Assembly (NCBI RefSeq): GCF_001194135.2
Contig: NC_068981.1
Location: 12,603,494 to 12,667,493, forward strand
Direction of reading: 5' to 3'
DNA length: 64,000 bases
Origin: Octopus bimaculoides
Taxonomy: Eukaryota
Below, piece by piece: positions 11,895 to 23,815 of this stretch. The stretch's first letter is position 1; each line of letters starts with the position of its first letter. The notes below the pieces were generated by a model, which made no database searches, was not told the DNA's origin, and saw only the letters and a program-made list of their open reading frames with translations. The position numbers were made by a program, and so were the translations under genes.

Positions 11895-12112
11895 ATATCT
11901 TTATTCTTTTATTTGTTTCATTCATTTCACTGAGGCCATGCTGGAGCACCGGCTATAGTTGAATAAATCGACCCCAGGACTTATTGTTTGTAAGCCTAGT
12001 GCTTATTGTATCGTTTTCTTTTGACAAAACGCTAGGTTTCGGGGACATAAACACACCAACATCGGTTGTCAAGTGATGTGTGTAGGGGGGGAGGGCAAAC
12101 ACAAACGTATAC

Positions 12113-12145
<33 letters not shown>

Positions 12146-12243
12146 AATTCGACGGGCTTCTTTCAGTTTCCATCTACCGAAGGCTTTGATCCACCCGAGG
12201 CTATAGTAGAAGACACTTGCCAAAGTTGCCACGCAGAGGGACT
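11895..12243 (-). mobile_element. SINE family A (octopus OR/OK-like tRNA-derived SINE), internally deleted
   Basis: gccatgctggagcacc..gaccccaggact..aagcctagt..ttcagtttcc..gctatagtagaagacacttgcc. Confidence 0.85.
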
Positions 12244-12351
12244 ACCACACAATAAACAAAACAGGGGGCTTTGAATGTTACAAGACAAAGCAACTATGGA
12301 AGTCTATTAGTGAAACAATAACTACCATGATATATCATAATAATAATATTA

Positions 12352-12905
12352 AGACCCATGGAAACATCTTTTCCAGCTGCCTATCGACGCATAGTCTGTG
12401 TCCGTATAGTGTTTGCAAGGGAGGCTATTGCTCCCATCTCCATCTTTGAGTGATACTCACAGACCATGGTTTCTGGGTGGCTACCCGTCCTCAGTGTGAG
12501 ATAATCACTGGCTGTTTCTCCACTCGCAACAGCTATATATCCTTTAAGCGACGCACAGACGCTGATCTCGTATAGAGAAAAACAACATGTTTAAATCTCT
12601 CAGCGAGACACATACAGTGACAGTACCGAATAGTAAAGTTTATTTGCCAACAGAATGTGGCGGTCCGATAAAGGACGAGGTTACTGTTGTTTTAGCCCCA
12701 GGAAAACTTTTCCAGCTGGCTATCGACACACAGCCTGCATCCGTGTAGTCTTTGCAAGGGAGGTCATAGCTCCCATGTCCAGCCTTACGAGATACAGACC
12801 GTGATTTATGGGAGGTTACTAGTCCTCAGTGTAAGACACCCACTGACAGTTATTGTAAGATTTCTCCACTCGCAGACACTATATATACTTTAAGCGACAC
12901 ACAGC
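12352..12905 (+). mobile_element. Two partial LTR-like copies joined end-to-start (..CAACA-gaa-TGTGG..)
   Basis: Direct repeat with period of about 342 bp; TATA-like tatatat in both copies; left copy ends CAACA at 12652, right copy starts TGTGG at 12656. Confidence 0.6.
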
Positions 12906-12913
12906 TCATCATT

Positions 12914-13362
12914 TTTCAGTCAATTTGTTTATATATAAATGTCGCTTGAAATCGGAGAATATACATATTATTATTATCATATAACATTATAGTTACTATT
13001 GTACTAATAGTTTTCCATAGTTGCTTTCACCCCGTAACTTTCGAAATCTTCTCGTTCGTTTATAAATATTCTTTTCTACTCTAGGGACAAGGCCCGAAAT
13101 TTTGGATGAACTTTATGGGTGAGCGTTTGGCCCTATCTGATGCATGTGTAGCTATGTAATTGCTGGTATATGGGTTTGATTCTGGCTCGGGTTAGCTCAG
13201 CAATGTTCAGTCAATTTGTTTTGTATATAAATATCGCTTTGAATCGGAGAATAAATATATTATTATTATGATATATCAGTATATTTGTTATTGTAATAAC
13301 AGACTTCCATAGTCGTTTTCTCTCTGCAACTCTCAATGACTTCTGGTTTGTTTATAAATATT
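12914..13362 (+). repeat. About 155-bp diverged direct repeat, two copies (12914-13070, 13206-13362)
   Basis: Both copies run ttcagtcaatttgttt..aatcggagaat..ccatagt..tttataaatatt. Confidence 0.8.
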
Positions 13363-13814
13363 ATCTGTGTGTGTATATATAAACATGTTCCGGGCGCACG
13401 CACATACGCACATATTGGCTTTCGAATTGAGTAGAATTTCATTTGTAGTTTTATAGTTTTTTTTTTCTCTCTTAGCTCCTTGAGTATATGTCATCGTAGA
13501 AACCCATCACCTATACATTCTGGCATGACGAAATACAAGTAGTTTTTTTTAATATATCCCTGATGTTTACAACGAATTAATCAAATGTAAGGGATACGTC
13601 TGAGGGAAGCAGCCTGCTACAGCATTCTTAGGCATTTTCATGCAGCACTTCACTAGGAAGGTACTGCTTCAAGGATATTTTTAAAATGGCGAATATGATT
13701 TGTTCTCATTTTCTGACGGAAGAACCCGGATGTTGTGAGATTCACTGACTGAGCCTACATAGCGGTGATGCTATCAACACACACACATAGACATATTCTT
13801 TTATATGTTTGCTT

Positions 13815-14578
13815 TATGTTTCTTTTACTTGTTTCAGCTATTTGAATGCTGCCATGGTGGAACACCAGATTTAGTCGAAGAACTCGACCGCAGGACTTAT
13901 GCTTTGTAAACCAAGTACTTATTCTCTCGGTTACTTTTGACAAACGGCTAAGTTACGAAAGCGTACACCAATATCGGCTGTTAAGCGATGGTGACGGGAC
14001 AAACACAGACACACAAACATACACACATACACGCGTTTATACGTATGTATATATGCTCTTTTACTCTTTTACTTGTTTCAGTCATTTGACTGCGGCCATG
14101 CTGGAGCACCGCCTTTAGTCGAGCAAATCGACCCCGGGACTTATTTTTTGTAAGCCTAGTACTTATTGTATCGGTCTCTTTTTGCCGAACCGCTAATTGA
14201 CGGGGACGTAAACACACCAGCATCGGTTGTCAAGTAATGCTAGGAGAGCAGACACAGACACACAAACAAACACACACACACACACACACACATACATATA
14301 TATATATGCATATATACGACGGGCTTCTTTCAGTTTCCGTCTACCAAATCGACTCACAAGGCTTTGGTCGGTCCGAGGCTATGGTAGAAGACACTTGCCC
14401 AAGATGCCACGCAGTGGGAATGAACCCGGAACCATGTGGTTGGTAAGCAAGCTACTTACCACACATCCACTCCTGCACGACTCACAAGGCTTTGGTTGGC
14501 CCGAGGATATAGTAGAAACACTTCCCCAAGGTACTACGTGGTTGAAAAGCAAGCTTCTTTCCATACAGCCACGCCTAT
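13815..14578 (-). mobile_element. Tandem SINE family A cluster: 3' part (13815-14035), full copy (14057-14478), extra head part (14479-14578)
   Basis: Repeated family A motifs; the full copy runs from the ttttactc tail to cactcctgcac. Confidence 0.9.
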
Positions 14579-14579
14579 A

Positions 14580-14849
<270 letters not shown>

Positions 14850-14975
14850 NNNNNNNNNNNNNNNNNNNNNNNNNNNNNNNNNNNNNNNNNNNNNNNNNNN
14901 NNNNNNNNNNNNNNNNNNNNNNNNNNNNNNNNNNNNNNNNNNNNNNNNNNNNNNNNNNNNNNNNNNNNNNNNNNN

Positions 14976-15012
<37 letters not shown>

Positions 15013-15046
15013 CATACATACATACATATATGCATGTATGTAAATA

Positions 15047-16344
15047 CAGAGTGTCCCTAAAAATGTATACGTACTTTAAATAATTGTAAAGTAGGTGTTT
15101 ACTAAAATACATTTGAGTTTCAAAATTTAATAGAATCTACAGACATAATTTTATATTGTTTTGTCAACGCCTGTTTTCAAACTGAAGTCCTTTCTGGTCC
15201 AGGCGCTGCTGACAACGCGAAGCAATGGAGTCGCAAACATCATGAAGCAATTCATTTCGTATTTGTGTACACTCTCGTTCAATGGCTGCTTTCAAATCAG
15301 CGACTGTTGCAGGTTTCATAGCGTAGACATTGTCTTTTAAGTATCTCCATGAAAAAAGTCTAAAGGTGTGTAGTCTGGTGAGCGCGAAGTGTATTCAGCG
15401 AAACTTCTTCGTCCAATCCATCTGTTTGGCAAGATTTTATCAAGAAGGGATCTAACATCGTGATGGAGATGCCCATCTTGCTGAAAATAAAGCTCCTCAT
15501 CATCAAAGTCTCTGATGCTTGGCATGACAGAGCAGTCTGAGTAGCGTCAAAAAATAATGGTCTAATTAATCGTCTTGATGATAAGCCACACCACACTGTA
15601 ACTCTTGGTAAATTAACATAGTGATCCGCTATAACATGCGGATCTCAGATCACCAGTAGGTGCAATTGTGAATATTAATTGAACCATTTAATTTGAATGT
15701 GGCGTCATAACTCGACACAACCTATGTTGGAAGGTGTACATCGTCTACAAAACATGCCAAGTACCATTCGCAATACTGCATTTCTCGGTCTGGATGATCG
15801 TCATTAATAGCATGGACTTATCTTAGAACGTAACGTTTCCATTGACGATGCTTCAAAATTCCTTGGACAGACGACTTTGAAATACCTACATCATGATTCG
15901 CTTGCTGCACAGATTTACTTGGACTTTGGTGATACGTTTCCAGCACTCCTTCTTTGTTGGGGTTGTCAATCTTCGTGGTCTTCCGGGACGCTTCTCGCGG
16001 GCATCCTAAACAGTGCCATCGGCTTCAAACTTATCTATAATTTGAGTGATGTCAAGTCTCATTGGTTGATCTGTTTCAAACTCCCTCCTAAAGTGTTTTT
16101 GCATTTCAGGTGCGTTTTCACACTTCCAGTAGTATTTTAGAATATGATAACGACAGTACTTTTGACGTGAGGGTGGGAGGGGTTTTTCTATATTGGTTTT
16201 TCTATATTGGTTTTTCTATATTTGTTTTTCTATATTTCAAGGCCGACAAGAAGCGGTGCTGCTTCCTAGGGCTAAATAGCAGTAGTATTATTCCCTTCAT
16301 TCTCTTCCTGGAACTGTCACATTAAGTTGACAGCACACAACTAC
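15047..16344 (-). mobile_element. Tc1/mariner-superfamily transposon (DUF4817-type N-terminus), degenerate; left end lost in gap
   Basis: TA|CAGAGTGTCCCTAAAA TIR. Broken translation [65 protein letters not shown]. Confidence 0.85.
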
Positions 16345-17034
16345 NNNNNNNNNNNNNNNNNNNNNNNNNNNNNNNNNNNNNNNNNNNNNNNNNNNNNNNN
16401 NNNNNNNNNNNNNNNNNNNNNNNNNNNNNNNNNNNNNNNNNNNNNNNNNNNNNNNNNNNNNNNNNNNNNNNNNNNNNNNNNNNNNNNNNNNNNNNNNNNN
16501 NNNNNNNNNNNNNNNNNNNNNNNNNNNNNNNNNNNNNNNNNNNNNNNNNNNNNNNNNNNNNNNNNNNNNNNNNNNNNNNNNNNNNNNNNNNNNNNNNNNN
16601 NNNNNNNNNNNNNNNNNNNNNNNNNNNNNNNNNNNNNNNNNNNNNNNNNNNNNNNNNNNNNNNNNNNNNNNNNNNNNNNNNNNNNNNNNNNNNNNNNNNN
16701 NNNNNNNNNNNNNNNNNNNNNNNNNNNNNNNNNNNNNNNNNNNNNNNNNNNNNNNNNNNNNNNNNNNNNNNNNNNNNNNNNNNNNNNNNNNNNNNNNNNN
16801 NNNNNNNNNNNNNNNNNNNNNNNNNNNNNNNNNNNNNNNNNNNNNNNNNNNNNNNNNNNNNNNNNNNNNNNNNNNNNNNNNNNNNNNNNNNNNNNNNNNN
16901 NNNNNNNNNNNNNNNNNNNNGGGTTCACATACGGGTAACAAAAGATTTCCGGTAATGGACATGAGTTAGAACATTAATAAACGTCTAAAGAACACATATA
17001 TAGTGCGTTTGTTTATTTAATAAAAAAAAATAAA

Positions 17035-17054
17035 TAATAATAATAACAATAATG

Positions 17055-17148
<94 letters not shown>
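17035..17148. repeat. (AAT)n microsatellite
   Basis: Direct reading. Confidence 0.95.
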
Positions 17149-17267
17149 CCGTCCGAAAATGCAACAATATATCATAGATGTGCATCAGTTCATTCTATAC
17201 AACCTCAGGCGTCTTATTCTTGCCGCAAAGAAATTTCTTAATAATTTAGAATAAGATGATATACTAT

Positions 17268-17619
17268 AACCACATGGATCCGGGTTCAGTCCCACTGCGT
17301 GGCAACTTGGGCAAGTGTCTTCTACTATAGCCTCGGGCCGACCAAAGACTTGTGAGTGAATTTGGTAGACGGAAACTGAAAGAAGCTCGTCGTATATATG
17401 TATATATATGTGCGTGTTTGTGTGTCTGTGTTTGTCCCCCCAACATCTCTTGACAACCGAGCTGGTGTGTTTACGTCCCCGTAACTTAGCGGTTCGGCAA
17501 AAGAGACCGATAGAATAAGTACAAGGCTTACAAAGAATAAGTCCTGGCGTCGATTTGCTCGACTAAAGCCGGTGCTCCAGAATGGCCGTAGTCAAATGAC
17601 TGAAACAAGTAAAAGAGTA
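17268..17619 (+). mobile_element. SINE family A, 5'-trimmed
   Basis: Close match to the 46959-47369 copy. Confidence 0.9.
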
Positions 17620-18331
17620 TAATATGGTCATTCAGAAAACCTAGTATAATGTAGTATGCCTTATTGCGATTTGTGTTCTACTGGGGAACAAGTTTGTGTT
17701 GCACTTACAAAAAAAAAAGAAAGAAAAAAAAACAATCGTTTTATTTGTCTTGATGCATGTGAACTCATATTCAGGTAATTTTAGTTTTACAGTTTAAACT
17801 TGAAATTCATAATGTTCTCGTCTGCTTTGTTAAATGTCCGCTAAAATAGCAAATTTGTATTTAGAATATAGTCATTGTTAAATCACTCTACGAAGCATAA
17901 TATAGATATATAGAGAAACGAATACCCTCAACCTCGACGTAACTATTCATTATTCATTTTTCAAATTTCGTTATTTACTTTTCAATTTTCATCGACTGTT
18001 GAATTTCAGCCTCAAGTAACCTCTACGTTCCAAACGAACATAACTCATAGACCAAGAACTTATACATTCATAACCAATATTTATAGAAATTTCTCCCCTT
18101 TTAAAGCATTTTCTACGCCATGAAATTTTAATTTGCTTCCACATTCTGATAGTAAGCCAAATTTATAAATTATTTTCACACATTGTAACCTTGTTCATAA
18201 ATAAAAAATCTGCAAAATTGTTTTACGCATTATAGAGACCACACACGCACAAATGTACTCTCGCACAAAATGTATAACTCTTTCGAAAATCTCTCAGTAC
18301 CTTCATCTAATATATATCTTCTTTAATCGAG

Positions 18332-18384
<53 letters not shown>

Positions 18385-18867
18385 GTCTATCTATTTGTCT
18401 GTCTGTCAGTCTTTATATATTTGTGCAGTGGGATGTTATGTAAGCATACGTGTGTATTCTCTGTGTGATCTTGTATTCACTGATTGGGTCACTGTCAGAC
18501 TGGGGCAAATCGGCCCCAGTACCTATTCATTGTTGTTTGCTTTTGAAATCTTCTATTTTATTGATTTATTTTCTCTTTTGTGTTATTTTTTTTAACCGCT
18601 AATTTAGGGGGAGGCGTTAAGAAACCAGCACACGTTCTAAAGCGGTATGGGCACAATGAAGTTATTGTTTCTCATTGTGTCGCTCCCGCTTAGCGCAAGT
18701 TATTCACTTTTATTACAAACCAGCTGTAATTCAGAAATCTAGTGTCGGAGGTAAAGTATATCTTCATTTTGCTAAATGCCTTTACATAACTTCAAATTCC
18801 ATTTTCTCTCATAGCTGTTGTATCTTTCACACAATCACACATACACACGTATACAACTATGCATATT

Positions 18868-18989
18868 GGTGCAGGCGTGGCTATGTACAAGTAGCTTGCT
18901 CCCAAACCATATAATTCATGGTTCCGTCACACTGCATGGCATCTTGAGTAAGTATCTTTTATTATAGCCTCAGGCTATATATTTGTGTG

Positions 18990-19037
<48 letters not shown>

Positions 19038-19295
19038 GTGCGCGTGTGTATGTGTATGTATGCGTGTGTGTATACGAATGTGGTGTGAATATCTGTGTTT
19101 TTACACACCACCACTTGATAAACGCTTGGTTAATGTATGTTCCCCTTAAATTAGGGATTCACCGATAGTGAGGATAGTGTACGTAAAATACTTTAAAAAA
19201 TATAAACAGTGGAGTCAATTCTTTTGATGAAAATTCTTCTGGACAGTGCTCCAGCATGGTCGCAGTCTAATGATTACAACAAGTATCGGTAAAAG
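18868..19295 (+). mobile_element. Older degenerate SINE family A copy with expanded internal (GT)n
   Basis: Head ggtgcaggcgtggct..; 3' gtgctccagcatggtcgcagtc. Confidence 0.7.
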
Positions 19296-19299
19296 ATAC

Positions 19300-20232
19300 G
19301 ATAAAGCAACTACATTGTCAATGGTTTCCATACATAAAACAGCTGAGCCTGTCCCATATCACGTATCAAAGACATAAGTGCGGAATATTTCATGAAATAT
19401 CCTCTTGAACTGGATGGAGAAGGAATGAATGAGGAAATAGATGAATCGGCTTTTGTCCGACGAAAGATTAATGCCGGTCAGTAAGTGCAAACTCAATGGG
19501 TTTTCGGTGGGATTGAATTAGGGCAAGGAAGAAAGTGCCTTTTGGTTGCAGTTCAAGATAGATCAACTGAAACGTTATTACGAATAATTCAACAACATAT
19601 ACGCCCTGGAACAATAATAATATCCGATTTATGGAAGGCTTATAAGACCATTTCAAACCTTGGTTATAATCACCTCACTGTCAATCACGCAGTTAATTTC
19701 GTCGATCCTGATTCACATGCTTCAAACAATCATGTAAAGGCAAAATGGAACAGTGCCAAAAGACGGAATAAAAGTGAAATTGGAACAGCAAGAACATGTC
19801 TTAATAATTACTTAGTTGAAGTCATGTGGCGATATTAATTTAATGATTATCTGTTCCAGAATCTTTTGATTGGTGTGAGAGATGTTTATAATCTCTATTT
19901 AAAAAAATAAATAATATATGTCTTGTCAGTATTTTTGTTTTAATTTTCATTTTTTATTAAATATATTTTAGCAGTCATGCTTAAGTCTTTGTTTTTTTTA
20001 AATACATTTTAGCTGTCTTCCTTAAAGAAAAAAAAAGCGCCTTCGTTTCTTATTAAATATATTTTATCTGTCATTGTTAGCACTAAATATAAAGAAATAA
20101 AATTTATAATTTTTTAAAAAAACGAAGCTAAATCATATTTAAGCTGTCGTGCTTAAACGAAACTAAGCTATATTTAAGATAAAAACAAAAGTAAATCATA
20201 TTTAAGCTGTCACGCTTAATCGAAAAAGCGCC
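19300..20232 (+). mobile_element. Merlin (IS1595/ISXO2-like) DNA transposon remnant with subterminal repeats
   Basis: EEIDESAF.RRK.N.G, QWVFGG, VQDRSTETL..IIQQHIRPGTIIISD.WKAY, HLTVNH..NFVDP; repeated aaatcatatttaagctgtc and aaaagcgcc downstream. Boundaries are approximate. Confidence 0.85.
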
Positions 20233-20937
20233 CCTATTCTGAGTTACTTGAAAGGTGATATTCCTTTCCCTTTCTTTTATTTGTTGATACCCTTGTTTAA
20301 TACCAATGCGTTGTTTCACTTGAAGGATGCTTCTTTACCCATCCGTTATAATATTTCAGCTGTTGTTCAATATTTCAAATACGTTTTAGCATTATCGTTC
20401 GAACTTTTTTTAAACAATCACATATGATTCATTACCCAAAAACCAACCTTTACATAAGAGTTATACTTTCACTAGCGAAAACTATACGTATCTTTCAGAA
20501 ATCTCCATACTAACTCAACTTTATGCAGCATTCCCTGTTAGTTTATGCACAGGCTATGCGGGAAGACAGAATAAAGGGACTTTTGTTAGCTTATCTCTCC
20601 GAAAAAATAGCTCCCTTTGCTGTTGAATAAAATAAACTCGCAGAGCGGAAGTTTCAACGTCTTCTTTCAATTTCATTACACCATTTATGTGGCTGTTTCA
20701 GACAGGAAATTTCGCTTTCGTGTAAAACAACTATATTTTGTAGTCATTATTCATAATCTATTCCCAAAATACTTCAAAAGATCAACTTTATATTGCTTGT
20801 CCTATGCCCTATGATAATTAAAGTGCAGTGACCTCTTCAATTTCATTTTCCCTTCCTAGGTTAATCAGAAACGTAATACTCATAAACCTTCTCAGTAATT
20901 CAATTATTTGGTGAAAAAATACTACCAAAGTAACTTA

Positions 20938-20968
20938 GACCGTCGAAAGAACGGGTGCGCTTGCTAGT
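20938..20968 (+). mobile_element. Helitron-like 3' terminus (GC hairpin, then CTAG|T)
   Basis: ccgtc-gaaa-ga(a)cgg hairpin about 10 nt upstream of CTAG (20964-20967), followed by T. Confidence 0.5.
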
Positions 20969-21156
20969 ATTGATATAACAGAAGAAAAGAAAATGGAGAT
21001 TGGGAAGATAATTGTTTATTATTAACAGCAAGTTAATCATCTTCACTTACATCTGTTTCAATTAATACTCAGTAAATGTTAAGTAAATATTAAATTTATA
21101 TTTATATGACCCTCGTGGCGTTCGATTATAAATAATTAATCAATATGCATTGTGTA

Positions 21157-22279
21157 CAGGACATCACCAGCGAGTGAAAAATTCGAAAACACACGAGAGA
21201 TAAGTACAAGATAAAATACAAGGGAAACTCTAACTCTCCATGAATTTTATATTTTAAAAATTTCTGGATGCTGCTGGTTTAAGAAGTTTTCTTTTCTTGT
21301 CGTTAAAAGCACGATATAGGAGTAATAAAAATTCCGACAACTGACGAGGAGTTATCTTCTTTTTTATGTATGTCTCTGGTATATTTTCCAGTACTTACTG
21401 CTCGTGTGTTTACGCAGTTTCACTCGTTGGTGATGCCCTGTACACAATGTGTATTTTTTATTCATATATAATCTAACGCAACACAGCCTTGACCACCGTA
21501 ATTTCTTATATTCATATATAATTTCTGCGACTACACACTGTTTTCTGTCTTTCTCTCTATCCCACTAAAACTTTCTTTGCTATCTCCATTCTGTCGTTCT
21601 TCCACTCCCTACTGTCTATCGTACCTTCTCCCTTCTCCTCACGCCTTTTGTTTCTTTCCCTCATCCTCTCTCTTGTCCCCCTTCCCCTCTGTCTCTGTTA
21701 TTGACACGTGACTACAGGTCATTTTTTTGCTCCTGTTTTTACTGGACTAGACGTTGACCGGGCTGGATGCCATGTCTCTGGGCTCCCGACATTTTTCTTC
21801 TACTATTTTGTTTTCTCCTAATTATTCTATTCTACTATTTTCTCCTACTACATATTTCTCTTCTAATTATCCTATTTCCTTGAAAAATTTCTCCTACGCG
21901 TTGTTTTACTCATTACAATTGGTCTTGACCTAACGGCCCTCAATATTCGTCTCCGTAGATTGTTTACTCTGTACATCCACTCTGTCGTTGTTTGTTCCTT
22001 CGAAGATCTAACTCTCTATGAATTTTATATTTTTAAAATTTCCTGATGATGCTGTATTTTTGTCATTAAAAGCACGATATAGGAGTAATAAAAAGTCCGA
22101 CAACTGATGAGGAGTTATATTCTTTTGGTATTTTGTCCCGGAATTATCATTCATTACGTGTTTACGTATCTTTTACTCGTTGGTGATGTCCTGTACTTAT
22201 TGTGTATGATTTTGGTATTTTGTCCTGTACTTATCTCACGTGTATTTACGTATTTCGCATTCGTTGGTGATGCCCTGTA
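21157..22279. mobile_element. Tc1/mariner-type MITE (TA|CAGGACATCACC..GGTGATGCCCTG|TA) with duplicated right half and internal insert
   Basis: 21148-21225 is the inverse of about 21370-21447 and 22210-22290; 21230-21441 is repeated at 22010-22279. Confidence 0.7.
21490..22005 (-). mobile_element. Diverged copy of the 24730-25330 repeat (Penelope-like, inferred)
   Basis: cctaacggccctcaatattcg..tgtacatccact is the reverse complement of 24990-25050. Confidence 0.55.
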
Positions 22280-22354
22280 CATAATGTTTATTAAATATAC
22301 ATATTACTTAAAGAAATTCCAACCTTATCTGATTTTCACTTTTTACTTACAGTC

Positions 22355-22665
22355 TTATAATAATATAATATAAGATAATGTAATGTAATGAGAAGATAGA
22401 TTATTAAATGCGTATTCTGATTGAACTAGTACTTGCATGCATTAAACTATACAATGTACAGGTTCATATAGTAGTGGTGATCGTTATGTCTTACAATTTA
22501 CAAATATAAATTGTAAATTGTTAAACGCAATAGTCATCACTACTATATGAACCTGAAGATTGCATAGTTTAATGCATGAAAGTATTAGTTCAGTCAGAAT
22601 AAACATTTAATATTCTATCATTTCATTATATTATATTATCTTATATTATATTATTATTATTATAA
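22355..22665. repeat. About 300-bp imperfect palindrome (hairpin MITE-like), centre near 22507
   Basis: caggttcatatagtagtggtga pairs with tcatcactactatatgaacctg; tgcattaaactat pairs with atagtttaatgca; outer AT-rich arms also pair. Confidence 0.9.
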
Positions 22666-22720
22666 AATTGTAAATAAGACGTGAAAATCAAAGTTGGAAT
22701 TTCATTGAGTNNNNNNNNNN

Positions 22721-22797
<77 letters not shown>

Positions 22798-22799
22798 CT

Positions 22800-23815
22800 G
22801 CTAATGTCAGCTGTGAATAAATTTTCAAACTGATATCATCAGCAGAGACATACGTGGATCGCAGGCACAATAACATTATATAGCTATGAATTATAAATTT
22901 GCACGAAGAGTGATGATACTCAAAAATAATTCACCTGCTAGAAATAAGAGCTAAAGTCTTAAATTAATCCACCGTACAGCACCAAGATAGCAGAGAAAAG
23001 CAGTATTGAAGGAAAACGGAAAGAATTAATATATTTAACACCACAAAATAAAAGTATTACGCAGTTTAGGACATACACATTCCCGGGATTCGGTTTTTTG
23101 ATATTTAATCCTTGAGCTTCTTCAGTGTGAGCTACCCAGTAAGAATTCATGACCGTCACGCTAAACTCTGACAGTACAAAAATAGAGCATATTGTGCAGA
23201 ATAATTATAAGCAAAACATTCAATCACTAAGATTTGAAATAAGATGTCTCTACTGTTAACATCATCTGTGGATAAATTTTAAAATTGATGATATCACCTG
23301 CAGAGACATAAACAGATCGCAGGCACAATAGCATTATATAGCTATATATTATAAATTTGCACGAAACGTAATGATGCTTAAAAAGCATTCACCTTCTAGA
23401 AGTAAGGGCTAATGCCTTAAATTAATCCAGCGTACCAGACCAAGATAGCAGAGAAAAACAGTATGCCAGTAAAACGGAAAGAATTTATACATTTAACAAC
23501 ATATTCGTTCAAATTTCATCAATTTTAATATTTATCCACAGATGCTATTAATAGTAGAGAATCTTATTTCAAATCTGTCAGAGTTTAACTGACGGTCGTG
23601 AATTCTTACTGAAGGCCGAAACTCGAGTATGTCGATGTCCTAAACTGCATAATATTTCATTCTTTGCTGTTAAATGTATTAATTCCTTCCGTTTTCCTTG
23701 CATACTGCTTTTCTCTGATATCTTGGTGCTGTACGGTGGATTAATTTAAGATTTTAGCTCTTATTTCTAGCATGTAAATGTTTTTCAAGCAACATTACGT
23801 TTCGTGCAAATTTAT
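22800..23815. repeat. Foldback element A-B-C-A2-C'-B'-A' with long inverted arms; right end in gap
   Basis: Unit A at 22805-23040 and 23267-23498, inverted at 23670-23815; B at 23040-23170, inverted at 23575-23670; C at 23231-23292, inverted at 23515-23578. Confidence 0.85.

Noticed and set aside
19485-19838. Bacterial contamination or recent horizontal transfer for the IS1595-like ORF
   Set aside because: It is embedded among host SINEs, decayed, and fits the established eukaryotic Merlin superfamily.
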